Source of the DNA: Lytechinus pictus
Lineage: Eukaryota
DNA: 64,000 nucleotides
Direction: 5' to 3'
Assembly: GCF_037042905.1 (NCBI RefSeq)
Contig: NC_087246.1
Location: 17,360,001 to 17,424,000 of the forward strand
Made by a program: the position numbers and the translations under genes. The first letter of the stretch is position 1. Each line of letters opens with the position of its first letter. This document shows positions 48,471 through 60,400 of the stretch, piece after piece. The notes beneath the pieces are model-generated. The model ran no database searches, had not been told where the DNA came from, and saw only the letters and a list, made by a program, of their open reading frames with translations.

Positions 48471-51400
48471 ATGCAAAGAGGGGGAAGATTGGGTCATTGC
48501 ATACCATCTAGTGAAGTCCAGCCAGGACAAGAACCTTGCCTTGATTCTTCCACCCAACTCCAGAAAATTGTCAATGAAACGGTGCTACATCAAGAGCGTT
48601 CTGCTGGCCCACAAAGACAAATCGATCCTGTTAGGTACTCCAACCTTTCTCCAAGGGCAGTCAACCAAACTGGGGAAGTGTTATTTGGAGGTAGTCCGTC
48701 AGTTCATGCAGTTGAAGTCCATGGTCAACACCTACAGGTTGTGGCTCCAGAGCTCATCTCAGTTGCAGATTACTTGGCCCATTCAGCTGCTACTAGATCC
48801 ATTGGAGCATCACAGAGGCAGCTTGTACAACCTGACAGGGGTTCATTGGCATTTTCTGGTGAAACAATCTACCATACACCCAGTGGTCCTCCCTCCGTGG
48901 ATTCTGTAGTCCAATCAGCATTCCCAGGTAGTGGCCTGTGGTCAGGTTGCTCCCCTGGTTTACACGGGGCCAGTCCTACGACATCATCCCTTCCCTTCAG
49001 CCCTTCACGGACAAACCCTTTTCATTCCAGTCTTACTAAACCCGTCAAATTAAACATGAGTGCATCAATCACCAATCAACCACCCTCTGAGGTGGTTGAC
49101 CTCCGACGAAAAACTCTTGAAGAAAAGAGAAAGACATTGAAAGAAGTGCAAAACTCTTATGTGGATAAACTCACAGAGTTGTATTTCCTTCAGCAAAGCC
49201 ACAACATGATGGACTATGTGATATGGAAGAAGAAGCAACCAGATCCTCACTTGGCATCGTATTTGAAAAATAGACAGCTTGAAGAGCGTCCTTTCCAGGA
49301 CCTTAATACTGAGGTTTGTTTTGCTCTGAATTACCAATTAATGTTATGTTAGATGGAAGTATGTATGTCTCCAATTCATAGACTCCAATGATTTTGGTTT
49401 GTCTCTATCTCGTGTTTTTGAGACTTGAAAAATCAGTAATAAAACTGATATAGGTTCACTCAATGTTTTACACTTTGCATTACATGTAAAACAAAATTAC
49501 TGTTGTAAACAACTCATGAAATAGTATACTGGTATACAATGGCTTATCAAATGCAGATTTGTTTAGTTGTGGTAAATTTGAATAAGAAAGGAGTTTCACT
49601 ATTGACATAAATATAAGAAGCAAAGACTCATTCTATCTTTAACAGGTGTATTGGTGTTCTATTGAAATGTTTCATTAGATCATACGTGTATGATTTGCAA
49701 TTATTGATTTAGATATAAGAAATAATTGTGAATGTTTAAATGTCTCATATTCTTATTTCATGCAATGCATTCCATGCCATCAGGTTAAAACCGGTACAGC
49801 ATCCAGTAGCAAAGCCTCTCTCATCACTCTGGCAACTACATCTGCCCAGGAGGCGGCACCCCAACTGAAGAAACGCAGCGATGGGGATGATAGCAGCCGG
49901 AAAGGTCAGTTAGGATCATCAGGAGGATTGTCTGCAGCTTTGGCCAGTGAATCTAGGAAACGCAGCAGCAGTCAGGCAGGTCTTGACGAGGCTGGCGAAG
50001 GGCACTCTGTTAAACTCAAAGTTGGTGGGTCAGAAGTGTCCACTAAGAGTGAATCATCCTCTATAGGTATGCCTTGCTCTTAATCATTGATTACTGTGAG
50101 CTTGTAATTAGCATTATGAGGTGAATTGATAAGAATTGTTGGGGAGTAGGTGAGATAACAAGGAGTTGTGTGAGTTGCATGGAAAAGGGTCTGAAAATAG
50201 GTTCCCATGGTTGGAATGAAAATCAGAGAAGTTATAAAATCCTGCCATTAGCAAGTTTCATGCATGTTCATTGAACTTGATAAAACAATCCATATTTTGT
50301 AAGTTTCATTTAAAATGCCTTTCCAATTTTGAAAAAAACAAATGAAAGATTAGTCATAGCCAATATGGAACAGAATCTCAAATATCTGAACAATCAAACA
50401 CATATTGCCTTTCAAATAATGGTCAATTGTTTGTGGTACACATTTTTTATCCTTGCTCAGCATTGGTTTAATTTTTTACATTTTAGCTTCATCAAGAGCA
50501 TTGCCTTCAATAACTGTGATCCCTGCTACACCAACACCTGGTAACATGTCTGGTATTGAGGAAGCACCATTGGCCACTAAGATAACTGCTGATACTGTTG
50601 ATGTCAAAGGTTCAGTTGGTAAGTTACAAGGTCTCATTTAATCAGGGTTGTTGATTTTTTTGATTTTTAAAAAAAAGAAAAAAAATCGGATTATTTTGAT
50701 TTAAATCGGATTTTTATGATTTAAATCAGATTTTTAGAAAAATAATGGTTACACTTAACAAGTTTTAAACTATATTTAAACTGTTTTACACCAATAATAG
50801 TGGTCAAGTAGTCTTTTGAACATTGTGTATTGTACTATTTGACACAATAATCCACTTATATACAGGTAATTTTTTTTTTTTTTTTTTTTTATTTGCATTA
50901 TAGAGAGGTACATTTTATGGAAGCCCAAGTAATGTTATGTATTATGTATACATTTAAACTCTTGAAATTTTTATATCAGTCAGTTCAAAACATCCGAAGT
51001 GTTACTCCAATGCATGAAGTACTCAAAGAACTTGAGAATTTCCAACAAAATTGACATTATTAAAGGCCTGTAGGATAAGCACCACTGTCCACCACATCAT
51101 TGATGTGCTGTTTTTCAAACTATTACATGAACAAGCAAGCACAGCAGTTGTATTGCTGCATACAGTAACACTTGCCCAGCAACTTTCCCATTTTTAAATT
51201 CTTACTTATTAAGTATACATGTGTACTTTAAAATTGTGTAATTGAATGTATGGGTATTGATAAGAAAATACACAAGCATGCAAAAATACATGTAATTCTT
51301 ATCAAATGTACACATATGCCTTCAACTTAAGTAATTGAAAGAATGGGTATTAATAGTAACAAGAAGGAGGTACATACAAGTAGTTCAGCTGTTTTGTAAA

Positions 51401-54400
51401 AGTATCCAAGTTGTGGACTTTGAGCACCTTTGTAGATTTTATATATTATTTTATTGAAGATTTAACAGTTTGGTGTACATACAGAGAGTTATTTATCATT
51501 ACTTCGTTAGAAACTTGTTGTTTTCATCAGTTTTGCTTGTTTTACAATTTGAAAATAAAACAGTGGTGTTAAATCAGACTCCATGAGGGTGTATCATTCT
51601 TTTAAAGTATCTCTAAAGCATGTGGAACAGAAATGAAAATGATTACATTGAAAGTATCTGTTAAGAAGAAGAGAAAATAGAGAAAACTAATTTTTTTCAT
51701 AAAAGTTGATTTAAATCAGTGATTTTTTTGAAAAAAATCAAGTGATTTAAATCATGATTTAAATCGACATGATTTAAATCAAACAACCCTGCATTTAATC
51801 CAATGTCACTTAAGAAATCATGTAGGCATGTGAATAGAATATATGAAGATAATAATTTAGCTATTGACAATTTTGAGGCTTTCAGACTAGAGTCGCCAGT
51901 TCTGCTTATTGATAGTGTTCATGGTGCTTACAGCCTCGGAAATCAATTCCTAGTCTATATCCTCAGACAGATGTCTTATACATTGTCTGGCACCAGACTT
52001 GGGACATGGCTTGGTGCCAATTGTAACTTCTGTGTAGCTGCTCAAGTATCTGCATTTATAACTCCCCATCAAGGCATACTACTTGAGTACAGTATATTTG
52101 GATCATGTTTTGATTTTTCCTTAATAATGTTCCATGCTTCCCTACTTTGATGTTGGGTGACATTTCTTATATTTTGATTCTTGAATGATAATTTTCCAGG
52201 TCTTGCTTCGCCCATGCGTCGCAATGTAAGTGCTCCATCATCATTAGGTCAGATGACGAGTAAAAGCCTGGTCAAATCTCACCTTCCTACTGGGTTATCA
52301 AGAGAAAGGCAAGGAACCAGACAAGGAGCCCTCTCAGCAGTCTATGACTACACTATCGGTTCGCAAGAAATGATAGTAGAAAGGGCAAAACAGGTAACTA
52401 TTTTCTCAGTATAGATGTTCCACAGTATTCCTTGTATTTTTTGTGAGCATATGTTTAGTCCTGGATAGGAGCACTCATACTTTTTTCTGTTTTCAGTGGG
52501 CTCTATTTTCATGCATTCCATGTTGGTATTTGGAACTGTAATACATGGGCTTGTGGTGGATGTAGCAAATGAGAGAGAGGGACACATATTGGTTCCTGAT
52601 CAGACTGAATAATCAGTGCATGCAGCAATGATCTTGATTTGTCATAGCTATTTAGTGATTGATCGCCTTGGAAAAGAAATGAAACAGAAATTAATTATGA
52701 AGTTAATTGATATCACTGACATTGTCAATGTACAATGTCTTCGGAGTGGCAGGGGTTGTCAAGCTATCCTGTGCTTGTTGACTCGTACAACATTCCGTAG
52801 AACAAATCAGAATCTTCTCATTCTCAGGTTGTGCTGTTTAGTGCGGAACTTGAATTATAGCATTCATACAATCCCAGTTTGGTAAAATTTACATCAGCGC
52901 TCTTCGGGTTAAACTCGTTGCCTATTTGTTTGCTGTAATCTGTGTAAAAAATTATACATGTACTGTGTGCAGAGTTCTTGGTGAAAATTTCTACACGAAA
53001 TGCTCCCTAGGGGATGTTCCATCAATTATTGTCACCTGACAAATATTCGTGGATTTGATTGGCTGGGAAATACAGGTGTCTTACTGTAACTATCAAAGAA
53101 TTACAGCTTGCCACTTTAAAAATATTGTCCCTGGAAATGCACCTTCTTTTGAAAATTTATGTGATTTATGCATTGTGTGATTCAGCTGAAATGAGTGTTT
53201 CTAAGATCTTGGGGTCCACTTGCACGTTAATCTGTGAACTCACTTGTTTGCCAATTCTTCTCTCGTGTATAACAGGAAGCCCAGGTGATGCAGAGAATAG
53301 CAGAGTTAAGAAGGGATGGGCTGTGGTCAGCTAAGCGTCTTCCAAGAGTCCAGGAGCCTCCGAGGCACAAGTCACATTGGGATTACCTACTAGAAGAGAT
53401 GCAATGGCTTGCTACAGATTTTGCTCAGGAGAGAAGATGGAAGAAAAATGCTGCTAGAAAGGTATGCAGGGTCAGCCTGAACCAGATATTATACCAACTT
53501 TTGGTAGGATATAAGACTGAATTTGTTCAGTTCTTGTATTGGGTATCATTTGATATAGTTTCTATTTATGTAATTATTATTATTAAGTTCCATTTCATTC
53601 AATATGGTTTTATTCTATATTAATTAGTTGGTGAACATGCCCTAAAAGAATTATAATATTATTAGTTTGAGGCTTTCAGACTAGAGTCGCCAGTTCTGCT
53701 TATTGATAGTGTTCATGGTGCTTACAGCCTCAGACATCAACTCCTAGTCTATATCCTCAGACATATGTCTTATACATTGTCTGGCACCAGACTCGGGACA
53801 AATTATTTTCATGCAAATTTCTCTTTGAATTGAAGATGTGTGGTGTTTTGAAAGAACGAGGATGTGCTGCAATATTTCACTTCTGATGATTAAGAAGGTG
53901 TGATGCTCATGTAAAGATACTATTGTTCAGTAAGGGAATACACATGCTAATTGAGAAAAGGCACCTTTTACAGTTCTAAATATTTTTGCCACATATTTGA
54001 TAAACGCATGCACATGTTGGTACCAATAATGCATGTATCTCTTTCGTTTAATTGATTGTAAGAAAAAAGGGTTGTAACAGAATGCCTCGCTCTGAAGCAC
54101 AAAGTGCTGTGTCTGGAATCAAATCCATGACTTTCACATGCTTAGTCAGGCACCTTAGACCACTCAGCATAGGCTCCTCCATTGGTTCTTTGCCTTTGTT
54201 GGTAATCTTTAAAATAAACCAAGGTCAGGTGTATTAGTCATGTCAACAAAGATTTTGATGATCCAACCTGAATTCTTTGAGCTATCTCAGGCTAATATAT
54301 TTGATACAGTGAGAAATGCATAATATCTCCTCACTCTTTATTTCACAGCTGGCTCGAGCTGTAGCTAAACATCACCAGGAGCAAGAGGCTAAGGAAATGA

Positions 54401-57400
54401 AAGCTGGCAAGGAGGAGGTGCAGAAACTGAAGAGGATAGCAGGGAACATTGCCAAAGAAATCAAAGCATTTTGGGCTAATATTGAAAAGGTACAATTCAC
54501 TTTATTGTTGGTCATCCCATTGCGAGATGTGTGTAGTTTGGCTCTATAGGACTAGTTTTGTTTGATCTTTTGTAGATTGTTATTTCAGTGCTAGTCAGTA
54601 TTCTTCATTTTAAATGCAGACACTCAAATGTCAGAACAATAGAATGGCCTAGTGATAATAGGGATTCTGGAACCTCTATTGTTCTCTCCTGTTTGGGGTA
54701 AAGTTGAATGTAACTTGCAAATTAATACTGGCAGGGTCTGTAATTTTTGGCTCCTGGAGATGGTAGTAGACTATGCCATATTCGACTTGAGGGTGTGATT
54801 AGTATCAGTCTACACACTCTGCTTCGAGATGTGGCAAGATAAACATCCGGGTCATGACTGCTTCTGTACATGCTCAGTGTTCTTGTAGCATATACAGCAA
54901 TGGATCATGGCACATATGAAATTTGATAGGTTCATAATATAAGGAACACTCCTACTGAGTGTCCATACTGTATCATTGTTAACCCTATCTAGGCCGGGGG
55001 GGGGGGGGTGCCTCCGAGGCCCCACCCTCAATGAGTCGCGCAATATTTTCGCCGCGCAAAATTTTTTTGGCCGCGCTGCTCGCTGACTTTTTACTTTCAA
55101 GTCTTGCGCAACTTTTCTTAAGACCGATTTTGTGTTAACCGGGTACGCGGTTCCGAAATTCGCAACGTTATGTAAGTGCATGTCAGACCAAAAATTGCTC
55201 AAAAACTTGATTTCGTGTACAAAGCCAATGTAAATTGTGTTTTCAACCAAAAATCATAAATGTATCATTATTTTTAGTTTTGCTGGTCTAAATCTATGTA
55301 TTTTATGCTGTTTATGATCTTAGAAGAGTTCCCAACGAATTGCATTGAAAAAACAATGAAAAACAGAGGGTCCAAAAAAAATGAAATACATAAGAAATTG
55401 CAAAGAACAATATAATACATAAGAAATTGATCTGATATCACAATTTTTTTCATGTAAACTTGCTAAGAACACCACAAAGAGTTTCTATGCCAAAAATTAG
55501 AACATTTGGAGCTTTATTTATGAAGTTAGAGGATAAAGTATTATTTCGCATACTAATTACGCATAAATTAGCATAATTACTTAATAACAATTCGCATGAA
55601 ATAAATTACTCTACAATTTTGTAGATTATATCCCAGACAACCTGCATGCCAATTTTCGGCGCAAATCGCGTGGTCGATGGCTGAGATCTCAAGGGGGGGA
55701 CTGGGAGGCCCCCCCCCCCCCCCCCCCCCCCGTCCATATGAACTCTCAAAATACCCCGGCCTAGATAGGGTTAAACCTCAGAGGAAGCAACACATGCAAC
55801 TTCTGAGACTTGCTAAATATATTTGACTTTGGTCAATGAGGTTTGATCTTTTTAAAACAAATTAAAACTTCCTCATCAAAGTGAATTGTATTATCTTTCC
55901 TCACTGGAAACAAAGATTTATTCTAGGCAGTAGTCTCTCTTGTCACTTTTTACCATTGCTCATTATTTTCTTAATATTTGACATTGGTTTACATATTATA
56001 GTTTAATTGCCTTTTTCAGCAGTGTTAAATTGGTTTTAAGGAAGTTGCATTCATCCATCATCAAGTATGATGCATGATTTAATTCTATTATATGCATATG
56101 TAACTTATTATCTTTACATGTAGGTTGTGCAATATAAACAGCAGAGTAGGTTAGACGAGCGAAGGAAGAAGGCATTGGATCTTCAGCTGGATTTCATCGT
56201 TGGTCAGACTGAGAAGTATTCATCATGGTTGACTGAAGGACTTAATACCAGCACTGCAGGATCGTCCGCTCAGGGATCCTCAGTGTCGAGTCCCAGGTCT
56301 GATCGCATGGCAGATGGTAAGTTGAAAAATGTCTTTCATTTATATCTATTCTTGGTGATCATTCAAGTAGAGAATTGTGTACGTTTTCTCATGATGCACA
56401 TTTACATGTTAGCGGTACAGAAAATTTGCACAAGAAATTTATTGGATGACTACTTTACCTATGTGATGTGGAAATTGGAAGTGGTGAAATTTTCACTACC
56501 CCCCTCCCTCGTTACACACATGCACTTAGTAACAATTTGGTTACTTTAAATCTGACTGTAATTTTTATACTTTTGATTTTTTTTTTAAATTAAAGAGTAA
56601 ACTCTTCTGTACTATGATTCAATTAATGATAAACAATTGTAGGAACTTCAAAATTGTGTTTTAATTAGGGACAACCAGCATTCTTTATATCATAGAGAAG
56701 TTGTAGCCCTTGTTCTGTATGTTCCAAATATTCACAACCAACATTCCTTGTTTTGATATTTCCGCTCCAGATGTGGAATTTGAACCTCGGGGAGATGACA
56801 GTGATGATGACGAGGAGACGATAGACGTTGAGGAGAAGCAGGCTGCCAAGGCAGGTGAGGTTTCTGGTGTGAGTGAGATTGAACAGCTGCAGAGGGAAAG
56901 TGAGCTTCCAATAGAAGAATTGCTGAGCTCTCTACAGGAGGCACAGAAGGAGGAAGAGAAGAAGAGCTCAGGGAAAAAGGCGGAAGAGGACCCTTCCAAG
57001 AAACGGGAAGGGACACAGTCTACTGCCTCTCTGAAAGAAGTGGTGAGTCCACAAACAATGTCATAACCCTTCTCATTACAGGAAGCTGCCTTTTTACCAA
57101 AGCCACCAAGCCTTTTTCCATACGCATGCACAGAATTATTTCAATATTGTTTTGAAACTACCCTTTATATTCATACTTGCAATTTTTAATTTGAAATCCA
57201 TCATGTGCCTCCCCCCCCCCCCAAAAAAAAATGCCTGTCAGTCTGTCACATAGATGTTAAATTGATAAATATTAGTCAAACCATTTTTCCTCTTGCATAT
57301 AATCAACAAAAAATTTAACATCAATCCTCTTGTTGAATTGTTTTAAATCTTACTTATATTTGATTTCTAATCCCATTTCATGGCCCGTGTGACCAAAGCA

Positions 57401-60400
57401 CAAGTATACTACCAAAAGAAGAGAGAAATATATTCATACGATTCCATTTTGTCCACAGACTGCACCTGAATCAAAGATCACAGAGAGTACAGATGACAAA
57501 GACTTTGAATTATCAGCAGATGAAGACGATGAATTTGGTAAGTTTTTGTTCTGTCTACACTTTCATTGCCATCCAATGTTGGTTGAGGGGTGTTTAATGA
57601 AGCATCTTATGATTTTCATTGACAAATTGGTTATGAATCTATCAGATGCATGGTTTTAAGTAGCTCATCAAAAGTTAGTTAAAATCACTGACTGTTTGTT
57701 TCGTGAAATGCTATTAAGTTCTTGAAATTTTTTCCTCTAGTTAAAAAGTTCACTGAGGAATAATAGACTTCATAAGGATTGATTTGAGGAAGTAATTTCA
57801 AGCAATTCTTAGCCATTCTCATCCAAAATATCAATCAAATACTTGGGCAGGATTACTCATCAATGACTTTGTAGGGGTTGAATATTTATATAATATTGAC
57901 TGGTCTTGAGGGGAACATCAAATATATTGCCAGCAAAAGAATCATATTGGCCCGAGTCTTTAGACGAGGGCAATATGGGTCTTTAAAGGGCAATATATTT
58001 GATGTTCCCCGAAAGAAGGGCAGTCAATATTTTTAATATCATCCAAATCAGATATCTAGAGCAAAAATCATGATAACAGTGTTATCTTTTAACCCTAACT
58101 AGGCCGGGCTTTTTTGGCTGTTCTGTGGCCGGGGGGGGGTTGATTCAACCCCCCCCTGAGATCTCGGCTGTCGATCGCGCGAGGGCCGCAAAAATTTGCA
58201 CGCTGGTAGTGTGCGATGTAATCTACAAGGCTGTATGGTAAAATTTTCCAAAATAATGAGATTTTATTTTATATGAATTAATTATGCTAATTAATGCATA
58301 AATCATACTTTTTGCTCTAATTCACTAAATAAAGCTCCTAGAATGCTAATTTTTGGTAAAAATATTCTTTGTAGCATTCTTAACAATTGCAATTGAAAAA
58401 AACTTCGGTTTGGAAATCAATTTCTTATGTATTTTATTGTTTTATGAATTTCTTATGTATTTCTTTGTTTTTCAACCTTTTGTTTTTCTTTATTTTTTTC
58501 ACCAGATTTATTGCACAACCTTTTTGAAGCATAATTATGCTAAAATCAATTGCTTTCAGCTGTTTAAAGTAAAAATAATCATATCTTTATGAATAAGATG
58601 AGAAAACTCAATTTGCATTGACTTTGTACACAAAATCACGTTTTGGAACAATTTTTGGTCTGACATGCACTTACAAAATGTTGCGTAATTTCGGAACCGC
58701 GTACCCGGGCGTCGTAAATTTTGTCTCTAAAGATGCGCGAGACCTAAAAGTATAAACTCTGCGAGTGGCGCGGTCAAAGAATTTCGCGCGGCGAAATGAT
58801 CGCAGAAAATGTAGAGGGGGGGGTTGATTCAACCCCCCCCCGGCCATTTTAGGGTTAAGAATAGAGTTCTGTTGTGTCATGATAATATCAGTGTCTAGGC
58901 TCTGCACTTTACCATTATGACGTAATTGCAAGCGCCCAGATCCAGCGTTGTCTTTATTATGACGTATATCGTTGGTGCGCGGAACATTATGAAGCCTATC
59001 ACTTCATTCGCATCCTCAAAGGCCCGGATGTGAGACCAGGGAAAATACAAAGGTATATTTTGCGTCGTCTCTGCATGCAAAGTCAATACGCGCATTGAGA
59101 CCGAGGAAAATACAAACAATATACCTATCCCTTCCTGATAATAATAAAATACAGGGAAATACGGTTTTGTAAATGACCAGCTCAGATGTCTGATACGGGT
59201 GATAATTACTAATAAGTGTGTCATATATGATTGAAAACCTTCAATAATATAATCGAGGCTTTTGAATATCAAGTTTTTTTCTACAGAGTAGGGACATATC
59301 AGACTAATCTACCTTTGAAATGATTCTTTCTTTTATGCACTTAGATGATGATGAGAAGACCCTTGATGAGCAAGAAGAAAAGGAAGGTGATATTGATCAC
59401 AAGGCTGAACTGAATGATCTAGCTGCTGATGGGGAAATCCCAATTGAAGAACTTTTGAAGCAATACCAAGGAGCTTACGCTGAGGACTTTGATTTCTCTG
59501 ATGCAGATGAAGATGAGGAGAGTGAGGAAGATGAAGAGTCATCACAAGGTCAGTAGTTTGTTATTGGGTTACTTATTTTAAATGGGAAGGGGGTAGAATT
59601 TCTCATGTCCAAAATTATCGGCAGAGTGGAGAATTGATTCCAGTTTAGGTCAGCTTATTGGAAAGTCTTTTCACTTAAGATAATTTCTATCAATAACAAA
59701 GGAATGATGTGTATTGACAATAATTCACATTGAAAATGTGAAAAATAAAAGTTATTGAAAAATTTGAAACATTGCTGTTATAATCACGTGCATTGTTAAG
59801 TGTTGGAGTGGCAGGGGTTGTCAAGCTATCCTGTGCTTGTACAACTCGTACAACATTCCGTATATCAGATCAGAATCTTCTCATTCTCAGGTTGTGCTGT
59901 TTAGTGCAGAACTTGAATTATAGCATTCTAACACATTTTAAGTATCTATCATGTTCTCCACTTTCACGTACGGAAATCTCCCAGGCAATGTGTTCTTGAA
60001 AGCCTTTCAAAACCACATACCTTGTGAACTGCTTTCTGTTATCTTTGATCATTTAGTTTATCGGATAGATTTGGTATGTTGGTATGTCTGCATTAAGTTT
60101 TCTGATTTTTATTTTAAATTCATTATTTGAAGCAATCTACCCAGTGCATCATTTGGCAGCCAAGGAACTGGAGAGCAATTTAATCATTCTAACCATGATG
60201 ATTGTCCTGCTGCAAACCTATCGGTGCACTGTGAAGACTGTTGGAAATAGCCATGAGTCCAAATAAAAATGACAATGGTGGAAAGATTAATATTTTGTAT
60301 TTTTTCAACAACAAAATATAGAATCCTCATCTGAAGATGAAGAGGTAGATGAGGAGGATGCTGAACAGGACCAGGATGAGCTCAAGGATGTTGGAATGGA

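Noticed and set aside
49365-49487. Hairpin-AAATCA-hairpin-ACA pattern in the first coding intron of domino/SRCAP
   Set aside because: Stems are weak and AT-rich, with no clear bipartite rRNA match and no second copy.
53893-53975. Possible sixth H/ACA RNA (GAAGGTGT..GCACCTTT hairpin followed by ACA)
   Set aside because: Geometry is plausible, but there is no ANANNA H box upstream and no convincing target.
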